Assembly: GCF_030684315.1 (NCBI RefSeq)
Contig: NC_081368.1
Location: forward strand, 42,175,734-42,239,733
Length of the DNA stretch: 64,000 nucleotides
Source: Stegostoma tigrinum
Taxonomy: Eukaryota
Reading direction: 5' to 3'
Shown here: positions 25,448 through 38,899 of the stretch, piece after piece
Numbering within the stretch: position 1 is the stretch's first letter
Layout: every line of letters starts with the position of its first letter
Notes under the pieces: model-generated
Seen by the model: the letters and a program-made list of their open reading frames with translations, nothing else
Databases searched by the model: none
What the model was told of the DNA's origin: nothing
Made by a program: the position numbers and the translations under genes

Positions 25448-26492
25448 TTAAGCAAATGCTGTAGTTTCTTGCCATAGTCATGTTTTTAAGTCAATGCAGG
25501 ATAACTGTTCATCACAAAAAAAAATCATTTATGATATCAGTTTAAAGAAATGTGGACACAACATGATCAAATATGAAGGATCTACAAATTAGAGTCATAC
25601 AGCACGGAAACAGGCCATTCGCCCAACTCGTCCATCCCAATCAGGTTTTCCAACTGAACTAGTCCTGTTTGCCTGCATTTTGGCCCATAACCCCCTCAAC
25701 CTTTCCTATTCATGTACACGTTCAAATACTTGTATTTACCACTTCCTCTGGCAACTCATTCCGTATACGTACTGCTCTTTGTGTAGAAAAAGTTACCCCT
25801 TAAGTCCCATTTAAATCTTATCACTTTCACCAAGTTTTGGACTCCTCTACTTTAACTGTAGTTCAGTACATTTCCACTACTACTTCAATATGATCTTGGC
25901 TTTAGTGATATGTCACTGTCTGGTAACGGGCTCTTAAAGAATGTTGTACTTATAATGTTGTGGCTGAGTTAATATAACAGATCTCCTAGTGAATTAGAGA
26001 GTAGTTTATAAACCTAAGAAACTTTTTATAATTTCAGAAAGTTGGAAGGAATATCAGAATGAAGCGATTTTTGACGGGGAGGATGAAAAATTACATGCTG
26101 TTTGAATCATGGGGTACAAATGGTTTTGGAGTTTCTCAGTGATTATAGTGGTGCTGTCACAGTAAAAGAAAGTTATGTGCAGTTTGCATTACAATAGTAC
26201 TATTTTAAACAGTTATCTTTTAGTTACTTAATTGTTTTCTCCTTTTTTTTTTCTTGAATTTCTATGTATCACTCTCGAATGAGTATGTGTGTAATGGTCT
26301 TAGTCCCTGACATCTGATATCAGATGAATCACTGGAAAGTGCATATGTAACGACACCTTTTTTTCCATCCCAACATGTATCTTAACATCTTTTACATCTC
26401 CCCTTGTTGCATTAAAGCTGAAATTTGGCACTTAGTCGAGTATTAGTGGCAGAAGCCCATACGCTGAAAGCCAATTCTGATTGTGTTTAAAG

Positions 26493-26697
26493 TTCTCAGG
26501 GCTTGGAGCAGATCCTGCTGCAGTGCAACAAAGACTCCGAGCCATTGAAGAGAAAATTGAGGAGCGGCAACAACTTATGTCATTGCCACAGAGATTTGCT
26601 GGAAGCAAACAGCTGAACAGGAGAGAGATGGAAATTGAAAAAGCAATGTTCCAGGGAACTGACCGTTTCACGTTTTTGAAAGCTCTGTATTACCAAG
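26493..26697 (+). CDS. RBM41: RBM41 coding exon 4
   Basis: FSGLGADPAAVQQRLRAIEEKIEERQQLMSLPQRFAGSKQLNRREMEIEKAMFQGTDRFTFLKALYYQ. The phase-0 acceptor tttaaag is the one that keeps frame. Confidence 0.92.
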
Positions 26698-28740
26698 GTG
26701 TAAATTTTTGTTGATAAATAATTTTACTTTTTCTTCCTCTATATTTTCGTTGAATCATTCCCTAGGCAAAAGTGAAAGGAAACAACCTGTTCTTGACCTT
26801 CTGTTCAGGGAGTTAAGTAAGAAGAGCATAGCGTAAGTTCCCATAATTCTTCCTTGAAAAGAAATAGCTGGCTTCCCGTTGAAATGGGTGTGATGTGGAA
26901 TTTGCCATGTTGGAGCTTTTATTTAATTCTAGTCTTACTTTGCTGTGGAACAGCATATTGGAGCAGTAGGAGCTTTATGACTTGGCATTGTTATCTTTAG
27001 TTACAGACATCAGAGCCTTTCCTTAAGTTTGGAGGTTAGAAAGCTCTCGTTCTTTGACTTTAGCCACCATTCTGGTCAAGTGAATGATTCCTTGTCTGTG
27101 CTTTGTGAAAATAAAATACTAACAAAGACCTGTTCTGTGAATTCATATGCTGCTATAATTCTGCTTTGTAATACTTACTGTTCTGTACCCTTGCAGAATA
27201 TTTGTGACAAATAACTGACAAATTCCAGAGTAGTGGACAGAGAACATGGTACTGTATGACCTTGTGCCAGTAATCGTCTGAATGCAGTCGGTTAATTGTA
27301 CTTTTTGTTTGTAAATTTTCTTGTTTTCTCCAGTTTTTGTTCCCTGAAATTTCCTGAACATCAGGCTACTGCCCCAGCTACAAGCACGGCCTGGAGACCT
27401 GCTTCAAGTGCTCTGCCAAAGTCACTCCATAACTTGTCACTGGAGGTGGGCAGACTGATTTCTGTTTTTTTTTCATTTCCCTAGTTTCACTTTTTACGAC
27501 AACAGCATTGAGATTTTGAATCCGCCATCTGGGAAATTGAAGGTGTCAATCCATGTCCTACTACTTGTAGTGTAGTGCACTGTTGCTTCAAGCATTTGCT
27601 TGTTTTTAATAACTTTATAGGCTTCCTATCTCAATTAAGACGTCCTGTAGAGGATGTGAGCAGAAGTGAGGCTGTTTCTCAGCAGGAGAGAAAACAAATT
27701 TGAGCTGAAGTCGTAGGTGTGATTTTTCAATGCTGGTTTTAAAATGGTTTTGCAGATACCTTGGTGCAGGTTACTGGCTGAACTCCTGATTAGGGAATGA
27801 TGTGTGGTGTGGAGGACATAAAAGAGTTGGGCACAAAATGCTTGTAACGTGGTATGGTAGGAACTTCCAAGTTGGCTGCTTCTAAATGAGGCAGCTTGTG
27901 TTTTCTTCTGATTTCCTCACTTTACATGTATCTCTGCTTGCCACTATCATCTGGCTAAATATTGTTTTGTTTTGCTTTCCTTCTGAATACCAGTAGATTC
28001 CCTGTCCACTGAATGGACTCTGTGATGTGGTTGATACTCAACTATTTAAATAAAAATTTTAGATCATTATTTGTGGTCCAACTGTAGTGAGCATCCAGAT
28101 GAATTTTGACCTGTGTTTATATTTTGGATTGTACAAGCTTACCTGGATCATTTCTAACATTTATCACACTTTAACACATATTTTTCAATCTACTTTGTAT
28201 TTTTTATTATTCTAAATTCATCCAATACTCAATTTTAGCTATTTCCATTTTCTAAATTGGATAAAATGTTGAATTATGTATGGTTACCCAGGTTAATTGT
28301 GCACAAATTAAATATTCTTTTACTATGTCATTCTAGTCTTTACCTGCTGTCAATTTCACCAGGATGTAACAGAGTAATTAGAAATTATTTAGTCAAATGC
28401 ATTGTGGTACAAAGAATCCAAAATTGTCTTGTTTAAAATTATGTATTATTGGCTTCCAAGCAGAATTGGAATTCAACAGTGGCACCACAGTAGTTGAATT
28501 GACATTTCCTTTTGACTTCAGCTACATTGAGGGGCGGTAGTATCATTCTTAGGCGAGTAGAACTGATGAATATCGTCTTGATTATAGGATAGTTTTGACT
28601 TGAGGAAATGCGGCGTGCTACTGGCTGGGGTGGCAGTTGGGGGATCTAGAGGAAGAAAATGTCCTACTCAAAGTGTTCTCTTTGACACGATCATTTACTT
28701 TTGTCCTTTTTTTAACATAATTTGCTTTTTCTCACTTCAG

Positions 28741-29159
28741 ATGAAAAGTCTGTAAAAGACCAGAATGACCCTATTAATCAATTAGAAATGATGTTATCAA
28801 AGTTTAAAAATGACTCAGCCGGAATGGGAGACACTCCAAAAACCAGACAAGAGTCATCTTTGGAGATGCTCGCTACAGCAACAAGTAAGGAGGGTACCTT
28901 TAAGGAAATGACTGGTTTGTGTTTTCAAACACAAAGTCAGTTCAATGCTGCTGATCATTATGAAAATCAGAACTCCAAAGGGCTTTCAGTGAATATTCCC
29001 ATTCGAACCCTACCCAGCTCTGGTACTCACGGTCCTCAGAAAATCACCCAGCAAGTTGAAGCTGTTCCTAAAGAAGAAATCTGGAAGAACAAGCTGTCTG
29101 AGGAGGAAATTAAAATGATTCCAAGATTTTCAAATTATAATCCTGGACAACCAAGCAGG
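28741..29159 (+). CDS. RBM41: RBM41 coding exon 5
   Basis: Strong acceptor ctcacttcag. Variable linker, then VPKEEIWKNKLSEEEIKMIPRFSNYNPGQPSR, then a GTATGG donor. Confidence 0.92.
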
Positions 29160-30943
29160 GTATGGTATAATATTTACTGTTGAAAAAGTATTATGAACAT
29201 AATAGCTGATGAATAAAAATATCCAATTCTCACTATTATCTAGGGTGGAAGTGAAATGTAAGGCTGGTTATGTTGATGTTCTGTAATATAGTTCAAAACC
29301 TATTATGACCAATTGCATTATCCAGTGACTCAACTGAAATAATCTGTCACTGTATCACTTTTTAAATATATTTTCATGACGGTATGTTGCTGGCAATGGT
29401 GTTCTTTTTGCATCAGGTCCTAATCTAAGTTTTAAGATTCTCCCAGGTAATGCTTGATTATCTATAATTCTTGGGAAGGCGCAGGATAAATGTTTCTCGG
29501 TCCTTCAAATAACAAGATTCTTTTAATCCTGACTACAAAAACATTACCATTGTATGCTTGTGATATTTTCTACTTTGTGTATCAATCATTCTTGTTACCT
29601 GAACGGCATACAAATCTCAAGTATATTACAGTCTTGTGTTCTGCTATTAGGTTGATAATGTGTTAGGACTCATAGTTATCACACTTAGAATACTCTCAAT
29701 CTTCACCATCTTACAAACTGTTTTGAAAAATCCAACTTTGTGAGATCCAATTGTTAAATTTATCTTCACTTTTTGTAGGTGAACAGTTAAGCAGTTCATC
29801 TATATAATTTAAAATATGCGCATTTATATCCCACAGTCTTAAGATGCAGTGCTTTGGATCCTTTGTTTCCAAAATATTTCACCAGTCAGATCATTAACTT
29901 TGCTTCTGATTGTTCATTTCCATGGTTGAGGTGGGGATTGGGAGAAGAATTGAAAAGGTAGTTAAGTGAACTGTTCCTAACACATTTAAAATAGCTATTA
30001 AAGTTTGTTTTGGGCAATGGAGCAGAACAAACATACTACTTAAGTATATTTTCCTGGCTGTAGGTAGGAATAAAAGCATCTTTAATCAAATATGATCAGA
30101 AATGCTTTGTGCTTTAGCTTATCGATAGGCTTATTTTGGATTTAAATTGAGATGATAAATCGCAAAGTAGATGGAAGGAATCATTTAACCTTTTAAAACT
30201 ACTTCTTCCATATAGTCCATCAGTTTCTTTATTAAGACATAACTAATTCTTAAATGATTCCAAGGTTTTAAGGATTAATCTTTTTACTGCACTCAGTGTC
30301 CTTTTGCCATTGTCTTGTGATTCTAGGGATCAGCTTGGGCTCTTGCTTTGTATTGCTATTATGGATTGCCTGTATTTATTATGCCTTATTTGAAACCAAC
30401 ATTCAAAGTGCATCCTGACCAGAACTTACCTGGTATTAGGATGTTAGCCTTAGATTTAAACTCTCTCCATTTGGGATACAATATAAATGTTTTATCTCTG
30501 AAAATCCACAAGGCTGATTGATTAGGAAATCGATATTATATACTGGGCTAGTAAGAGATTCCTAAATGAAACAAACTATCACTAATTTTGTTTGATTCTG
30601 ATCTCAGTAAAGATCCATAAATTTAACTTGCAACAAGATCATTCAATATTTTTCAGAATTGGTAACTTTCCTACTATTGGCTTCGTTGGCTATGTTTGCC
30701 TTGAAGGCTTTGCCCAGTCAGTTAAATAGTCCAAGCTTGAGCCTTTGCTAGTATTATCTGATTTGGTACGTATCTATAATCAATCTCCAGTTCACATGGA
30801 GAAAAATATTTTTAGTGGGAAAGTTGTTGGAGTGATAATAAAATTTGGTCTGATCACTGGCAGATGTGACACTGCATTATTGCACGCTTTTACGTTCGCA
30901 GTTGCCCGTTTGTTTCACTTCCTTTTTCTCCACCTTCTCTTAG

Positions 30944-31091
30944 GTCCTATACTTGAAGAATCTTAATCCAAAAGCTACTCTGGAGGACCTGTTTTCCTTA
31001 TTCGTTTCTTTCCAACAAAAAGATGGTCCTCAGCTGATTTTCCGATTGTTGACAGGCCGAATGAAGGGACAAGCATTCATCACCTTCCCAA
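30944..31091 (+). CDS. RBM41: RBM41 coding exon 6 (RRM RNP2 and RNP1)
   Basis: VLYLKNL (RNP2)...GRMKGQAFITFP (RNP1), the RNPC3/RBM41-type RRM. GTATGT donor. Confidence 0.95.
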
Positions 31092-32274
31092 GTATGTATT
31101 GCTGCATGATTAAGGCAGGTGTTTTAGAAAATGAAGTCCGTTAGCAATATCAATGGGGGATCACACCAGATTAGTTGGAACTTTGCATCTTAATCATGGC
31201 TGAACAACAGGTGATGTTGGATTGGTTACTTGTTACAAATCCAGTATAGTTTTTTTTAAACTTTGTTTGAATAGAGATCAACTTGTTTAAAGTTAAAAGT
31301 GTAGCTAACAGCAAAACTACATGTTTGCTGTCAGTTGCATTTACAATTATAAATTCATCTTTTATGTTAATTTGAGGTGCTGTTGGCATTTTTGCAGTTT
31401 TTTGTATTGTTTCAAACACTTATGTATGTTCTAAGTTGCAAATTGTGTTCAGTGTGGTGGCCAAAACGGCTTCTGCTCTGTGGTCTTTGTATACCAATGA
31501 TGGCATCAGAGGTCAGGGGTCAATGATGAGCCTCAGTGCATAAAGACATTTCTCCAAATATATATAATTGAAGATACATTAGTCAACATGTTTTCTGCAT
31601 AAACATTCCTAATGATCAAATGCGTAGAGGCATTGACCTTTGCAGCCCTAAGTCACAATTTTTTGGTTTGTGATTTGACCAGAACCTGGCTACCACCCAG
31701 GCTGGGAGAGGAAAATTTAAGATAGAAATTCTACCTGTTGTTCAATGACCCTTGCTGTAAATTCACTATGTATGTGCTTGGAGATCTGGATGAGGCTTGG
31801 CTGTGATTCGTTTCATGATTGAGTAGCCTGCTGGCACTCACTGGTTTAGCTTATCCACACACGTACCAGTGGAACTGTACCCTGAATAGGAATCAAAAGT
31901 TTCAAGAATAGGAAAGAGCAAGTTAATTTGTAGGGAGGGAGATGCAGATGTCATAAGAGCATCAGTCTCTTGTACATCACTTGAAGAATTTTAACACCTA
32001 TTTGAGTATTAGTTTCCTGAAAATTATATTAGCAGTATTATAGAAAATGGTTCTACCTGCATACATTAAATTTGGTTATGCACTATTGTTTTTAGGAGGC
32101 AGAACTTCACCAATAACAAACTGATGAAGATGTAAAGACTGTCCCTATTTATGTGCTAAAGGAATAGTAAAAATTAAACTTGAGTAAAGTGATTATCTTT
32201 TATTGTGTGTAGTACTTAAAATGGTAAAATATCCTGAAAACTTGTTTATTTCTTTGCTTATTACATTGTTTTAG

Positions 32275-32375
32275 ATGTGGAGATGTCAACAGAAGCACTG
32301 AACACAGTGAATGGCTACAATCTGTTGGGCAAGCCAATAATAATAGAGTATGGACAGAACCGATTGGACCACTGA
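32275..32375 (+). CDS. RBM41: RBM41 last coding exon
   Basis: (N)VEMSTEALNTVNGYNLLGKPIIIEYGQNRLDH*. Total CDS is 1194 nt = 397 aa plus stop. Confidence 0.93.
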
Positions 32376-32955
32376 CTTGTATTTGCAGAAGGAGGCTGAT
32401 GAATGGAGTTTCAGCATAACAGGCCTGATGGTCCCAAGGATCACAGGCATATTCGGAAGTCTTGACATTTAATTTAGTCCAACCATATACAGTTACATTT
32501 TCAGGATACATTTTCAACTCTGAACCAAGAATCGTTACATTAATGTGTCGAAACAACCTCATCTGTATAATGTGTACAATCACGTTTTTTTTTAAAAACA
32601 TTTTTGTGCTTTCTGGTATTAAATGCACCAAATTATGTAATATACTGAACTATATCGAATGAGGAAATTCACAGGTTTATTCCCTAATATTCAGCCTTGT
32701 GTGTGGAGGTTGCATCTAGAGTACTGCAACTAATAACATCATTATTTTTCTGGCAATGAAAGAATAATAATCTTGCGTTTCGGACTCCTTATCCATTACT
32801 CTTTGCCTCCTGTACTGAAGCATTTCAGTTAAGGATCACCATTACTGAAAAGTATAGCAACAGTGACTTTCTAGGCTCATAAATGACAAATGGCATCAAT
32901 GCAAGGTATCAGTAGCTGTTTATAGTCAAAACCAGACATTGTTTCAAGGAGGGGA

Positions 32956-33023
32956 ATAAAATGAGCAGTTTTTGTTTAAGAAAGGATACGTCCCTATTTT
33001 AACGCCCTTAGTTCACATAATAA
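32956..33023 (+). terminator. Candidate RBM41 polyadenylation signals
   Basis: AATAAA near 32956 and 33018; another near 33484. Confidence 0.35.
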
Positions 33024-34568
33024 ACTGTAGTTTGTGTACCCTGCATTATAATCTAATTTTCTCATGCATAACTTAATAGCACTGGGAAATGCTTTAACAA
33101 TTTTTATTTTGAACTGTCCTAAATTAACCATGCCACTGCATGCTGTATATATTTGGGAAAATCTTGTAAATTATGGTTGTGTTCATGAATGAGATCAGGA
33201 AGGTAGAATTGTAATCAAACACTATGATCTTTCTTACTAAATTACAATACAGAATTAGGAATTGTGCTTGTGATTTTGAAATGGTTGCAAATTTTTTCAC
33301 ACATTGAGACAGTTATTTGAAAGGACATAGTTCTGCCAGGAGAGCAAAATTGATTTGACAGGACCATTTTTAAGCAGTTATGTGCTTTCTCATTTGTCAG
33401 TCTAGGCAATGATCCAAAGAGATGATAAGCTAATTTTCCACAAGATTCATGGACTTGGGTTTTGAGTAGCTAAGGGGTGTGAAAATAAATGTTTTGAGAG
33501 AAACAAATTTAAAATTCCTACATTCTTGGAGTTTTTTTTTAATGTTGCCCACAGACATAGCCTAACCAGTATTCATCTTTAAGACTAAGTAGACATTGTA
33601 GATGAATGAATATTAATGTCGTTGTTACTTGGGATTAAAATGTTTTTCCAAGTTTAAAAGAAGAAAGAAATGGTTTGCTGTGGTTATTTCAGCTACTGTC
33701 TTTCATGATTAAACATCATATGACTTACAAATACAGGGATGGAGCGTGTATACAGGGTGCTTTGATTAAATCACATCCAAATTGTAATTCTTGAAGGCTG
33801 ATGATTTAACCCTGTGAAAGTTTACAGGAATACTGTCTTCACAGAAACCTACATGCAGGAGCAGGCCCTTCAGCTCTTCGAGCCTGCACCGCCACTCAAT
33901 ACAGATCAGTGGTATACTGAGATAACTGATCGTGCAGTCTCTGGTATACCACTCCCGTTTTCTCTCCATCCCTCCTTTTCACTTGGATACCTGTCATTTA
34001 CTTTCTTTTGATAAATTATTGTTGCTTCTTTTAGACACCATTGAATCCCTACAGTGAGAAAAGAAGCCATTTGCCCCATCAAATCCATAGTTGAATCAGC
34101 TAATTCTTTGGTACTACATGACCTGCATCATCATCTTGTGTTATGGAAGCTAACATAAGCATTAGCTGAAGTGTGATTTGGATGTTCTTATCCATGGAAG
34201 AAAGCTAGCATTCGGATGCAATGAGTAAAGTAATAAACGGAAATTTAGCTTGGAGTTTAAAAACAAGGATGCAAGTGTTAACAATTGTACAGGATATTGG
34301 TAAGGTCACATCTGGAGTATGGTGGATGCTTTTGGTCTCCATATTTTCAAAGGAAATGTTGATGAAGCATGTGACTTCAGAATAGCTGAACAGATTTGGC
34401 CTTCATTCATTCATTTAGAAGAATTCAATGAAACATGCAAGGTTCTGAGGGATCTGTCATTGATGTCAAGATGATGTTTTTACCAGAATCAGAATTTGCT
34501 TGGTCACGTAACCAAGAGTACAATGAAAAGTTGCCACTTAGCACCATCTTAGATATAGAAGTTCCTAG

Positions 34569-34684
34569 GGGCCTGAAACATCAGCTTTTGTGCTTCTAAG
34601 ATGCTGCTTGGCCTGCTGTGTTCATCAAGCTCCACATTTTGTTATCTCGGATTCTCCAGCATCTGCAGTTCCCATTATCTCTGA
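34569..34684 (+). mobile_element. Short PLE 3'-end insertion
   Basis: ggcctgaaacatcagcttttgtgc...gcagttcccattatctctga, homologous to 2981-3095. Confidence 0.7.
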
Positions 34685-34782
34685 TTACACTTGCAGGGTT
34701 GATGTGGGTTTGTGTGCCACTCTGATGCCCAGCAGTCTTAGAAGTCTTGTGGTGAGTTCTGACGTGTTCCTGATATGGTGTT

Positions 34783-34802
34783 GTGTGTGTGTGTGTGTGT
34801 GT
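34783..34802. repeat. (GT)10 microsatellite
   Basis: gtgtgtgtgtgtgtgtgtgt. Confidence 0.9.
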
Positions 34803-36939
34803 CGGGGTGTATAGAATCTTTCTGATGCTGTTCTGTAGACATCTCCTGATCCAGATCTTTTGGATATCTATTATCCTTGAACAATTGCAAGAGCTATTCC
34901 TCCTCCAAAACCTTATCTACCCCTTTTTTTAAATATTGATCTAGACCCCTCACTTTTCTGCGATAGATCCTCTGAATCTGGAACTCATGGACATAGTTAC
35001 ATATTTTGTAATGCTGGCTCTGAGTTTCAGATTCCACTAGCAAATAGATGCTCAAGAGTGGGGATGTCAGCAGCCTGGAGTGGTCAGAGCCACTTGGAGG
35101 CTTCCTGTGCTGGTCTGCTGTGGAGAAACCTTAGAGAAAGGCTGTGAGTTTTGCTGTCATAACTTTTGCTTTTTGTTTTTCTAACCAATGGTTATACTAT
35201 ATATAGCTGTGACCTTTTTTTCATTTCTTTTTCTGTACCTAAGATGGCATGGTGTTAGTGACATTGTTACATTAACCAAAGTTGTACCTAGGAACTTCTA
35301 TATCTATCACGTAACACAATTCAGGGTCCTCACTATGAAGATGGGACTTCTCTGCAAGGCCTGCACGGTGGTCACACCTACCAATATTGCCATGGATAGA
35401 TGCACCTGTGGCAGACGGATGTGGTTGAGGTCCAGTAGAATGTTTCCATCTTGCCAGTTTGGCAGCTATTTTAGGGATTTTGCCAGCTCAGTTGATAGTG
35501 ATACTACCAAGCATCTTGCTGATTGGCACTGAAATTCTCTATTTCCTCTGCCTTTTCTACACCCAGTGCTTCCTCTTAGTTGTGTTCTATGTGACTACTA
35601 GATCTGACTCACCCACAAGAAACATTCTTTATATATCTAGTTTTTCAAAAATCAGTTTAGTATTGTACACTTAAAATAAAGTTATCCCTCACTGAACTCC
35701 AATGGAAACAAATTCAGTCTGTTGAACCTTTATAAGATATATTCATCCCAGGTATCAACCAAGTAAACCTGTGAACTGCCTCCAATGCGTTTACATCTTG
35801 GTCAATAGAAAGGCCCATCTGCACATAGTATAAGAGATTTGGCCTTTTCAATGCCTCCTATAAAGCTAAGAACGTTCTGTTTCATTTATGTTCAATTCCT
35901 TTCAAGAAAGGATTACATTCCATTAGCCTTCCCTATTAAACATTGTTCTTGCATAATACCTTTTTGTGATGTGTACTAAACATCTAGATTCCTGTAAGTC
36001 TCAAAATTCTGAAGATATCCTTTGTTTAATAGTTTGCATTTTTTAATCTTCCTGTGTAAGTAACATCTTCTCACATTATACTACACCAGCCAGATTTTTG
36101 ATAAATTACAGCTACATCCATCCACAACCTAGTTTTATCCCCCTCTCAACATTCTTTCCTACTTTTTTATTTTGCTTCCCTCATCCAAGTCATTGATATA
36201 AAGTAGACAAGTTTGAAGCCTGAGTATAGACACATTCATTACATGCTGCCAAACAGAGGGCGACTCATTTATATACGTTGTGTTTTACTCGACAGCCACA
36301 TTATATCCATGTGAAAATGTTACCCCTATAATGAGCTCTGGCATTGCACAATAACCCCTGCTTTGGCAAAACAGGCTCCCACTTATCTAATTACCTTACT
36401 CAAAATGGAAACTCGGCCATTTGGTCCATCAAGCTTGCTTGACCATTGAATGAACATGACCAATACTTAATCTCAATGCCGTATTCCCACTTCCTCCTCA
36501 TACCATTTGATCCATTTAACATAAATAATTATCTATTTTGAATATAATTAGTGACTTGCTCTGCAGCAGAATGCATAGCCTCTGAAACCTGAAAACAAGT
36601 ACACAGAGCAAAGCCAACAAAATATAGTGGGGGTAATATGTAAAGAAGTGTTCATGCATTGTTGATGTGAAACTCAATACTGAGTCCAAATGAATGGAAA
36701 ATGCCAAAGTAGAAAATTAGGTGTTCCTCCTGTTTGCATCAAACTTTATGGAGTACTAGCAGGCCTAAGATGCAATTAGCATGGGAGCAAGGAGATTTCT
36801 CAGCTTATTTTTGTGAAGCACTATTGTTCTGGACACTCACCATCTGTTCCATTTACTGTTTCCATGTCCCCCTCTATCAACAGCATAAAAAGCATTTTTC
36901 AGCAGCTTTTAGTTCTAAAGTCGTATCTGAACCACAGAA

Positions 36940-37960
36940 AATAGGCCATTTGGCCCTTTGAGCTCACTCCATTTAACACTAAGCTTTCACTTTTTCCCCC
37001 ATATTCTTTAATCTCTTTAGACCTCAGACTATATTTAATATCTTTGTCAAAATGTTCAATGTTTTGCCTCAACTGCTTTCTGCTGCAGATAATTCCATGG
37101 GCTCGCTGCTCTCTGGGTGAGGAAATTCCTCAGTTCTAAATTCTAACTCCACATCCCTAGACTTTGATGTCTGATTATACATCCTTCAACTCCATTGTCA
37201 TTGGAACTATCCTTTCTGTTTACCTGGACTAGTCCAGCTAGAATTTTACAGATTTCTAGGTGAATCCCATCATTTTTTTAAATGCCAGCAAATATAGTTC
37301 TAACCATTCCAATATCTCTTCATACATCAGTCCTTCAATCATCTGGTACACCTTCATTACACTACTTCAACAGCCACAACATTCTTCCTCAGTTAGAGAT
37401 TAAAACAGCGCTCAATATTTCAGTTGTGGTCTACAATTGCAACAAGTCACTCCCGCTCCTATACTTGAATCCTTTCAGTATGAAGGCCAACATACCATTT
37501 GCCTTCTTCACTGCCTGCTGCACATGCACACTTACTTTCACTGACTGGTGTACAAGGACACTCAAGTTCTTGTTGCACTACCAGCTTTCCCAATCTATTG
37601 GCGTTCAGGTAATAATTTTGCCTTCTGGAACAAAAACAGAATTTGCTGTTAAAGCTCAGCAGGTCTGGCGGTATCTTGTGAAGAAAAGCAACCAAGAGTT
37701 CCTCAGAACTGTTCTGTGGACGGGTCACCGGACCTGAAACATTAATTCTTGATTTTCTTCTTCTTCACAGATGCTGCTAGACCTGCTGAGCGTTTACAGC
37801 AAATTCTGTTTTTGTTCCTGATTGAAAGCAACAACAGTTCTTTTGGTTTTCAACAATGTTGCCTTCGCGTTTTTGCCACTAAGGTGGACAACTTTACATT
37901 TATGCACATTATACTTCATTCTGGCATGCACTTGCCAGCTCATGCAACTTGTCAAAATCA
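36940..37960 (-). mobile_element. Decayed CR1 fragment hosting the fold-back mini-element
   Basis: Reverse-strand CR1 ORF2 remnants (aaggccaacataccatttgccttc, gtggacaactttacattt). Confidence 0.65.
37627..37818 (+). mobile_element. Fold-back mini-element with ~58-bp inverted arms and a degenerate hammerhead in the loop
   Basis: Arms at 37627-37685 and ~37761-37818. The loop holds CTGTGGA-c-GGGTC-accg-GACCT-GAAAC-ATT. It sits inside a CR1 fragment. Confidence 0.75.
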
Positions 37961-38379
37961 CAATGAAGCATCTCTATCAACCTCCCACCCAGTTCTTTTG
38001 TCATCTGAAACCTGAGAGATATTACATTACAGTTCTCATCGCAACGCTAACTGCCTCTCTCTCCACAGATGCTGCCAGACCTGCTAAGGATCTATTCCCC
38101 CTATCAATCACTTATCGTGAAGACTCTTCCAGTGTTGGGCGAGAGTTAGCAGAAAGTACGGGAGACAGATGCGTCATTGTTATAAAAACAAAGAACTGAG
38201 AATGGGGCTAGCGATGCTCACGTCGCATTAATTAACAAAATTACTAATCAAACATGCAGAATGTCATCACAAAGTATATGTGGGATGCAATATTCGCTGA
38301 TTATTTTTGCCAGCATTTAGTGTTAAGTACGCCGTCTAAAGATCAGCATTTGTACAACATAATTGCTGGATTCGGAAAT

Positions 38380-38520
38380 GAGAAGCGCCATATTGTACGG
38401 CACTCGACCACTGGAAGTCCAGCAACACCAGTACCGGGAGGCGCCATTTTGTACGGCATCCCCGCCGTTGACAACGTTGCGCCCTCACCTGGGAAACGGA
38501 GAACTCAATCAAATATGGCG
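38380..38520 (+). promoter_or_regulatory. MORC4 promoter/5' region with three YY1-like motifs
   Basis: GCGCCAT(A/T)TTGTACGGCA occurs twice (38385-38402 and 38441-38458). AAATATGGCG overlaps the ATG. The region is CpG-rich. Confidence 0.7.
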
Positions 38521-38553
38521 AAGCTGAGCGAGCATGGAATTCGGCTCAGTGCG
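38515..38553 (+). CDS. MORC4: MORC family GHKL ATPase (MORC4-like) exon 1
   Basis: MAKLSEHGIRLSA followed by GTAAGC. GIRLS is the MORC3/4 N-terminal motif. Confidence 0.88.
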
Positions 38554-38648
38554 GTAAGCTTACAAATAACGAAGCAACCGACCGGAATCAGACGGAGCTA
38601 AGTTGCACATCTACCAAATAACAGTGATGTTTTATTTTTGCTTTTCAG

Positions 38649-38721
38649 ATGAGCCCTACCTACCTACATACGAACTCGACCAGTCATACCTGGCCTTTTA
38701 GCGCAATCGCCGAACTGATAG
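38649..38721 (+). CDS. MORC4: MORC4-like exon 2
   Basis: [24 protein letters not shown]. 73 bp, ttttcag acceptor and GTAAGG donor. Confidence 0.92.
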
Positions 38722-38899
38722 GTAAGGCACCGCGCCGGCTTGTCATTCTGATCTTACAATCGCATGTCGCTGTTGCGCACCTTCTCCGCTAATCGCAACC
38801 GGAATTTAGCAGGCCTTACATTGTATATTTAATTGCAATCCCAACTAATCTCATGTGCAGACACAACCGAACTTGTGCGGGGGGATGGGAGTGATGTGG

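Noticed and set aside
26311-26326. Perfect 16-bp palindrome CATCTGATATCAGATG
   Set aside because: About one such palindrome is expected by chance in 64 kb (64000/4^8), and there is no other support.
16279-26390. U11-like GTATC(C/T)T motifs in RBM41 introns (16281, 18901, 26377) as a possible USSE-type feedback element
   Set aside because: Isolated and imperfect, not in the tandem arrangement known from RNPC3/SNRNP48. All RBM41 introns here are ordinary GT-AG.
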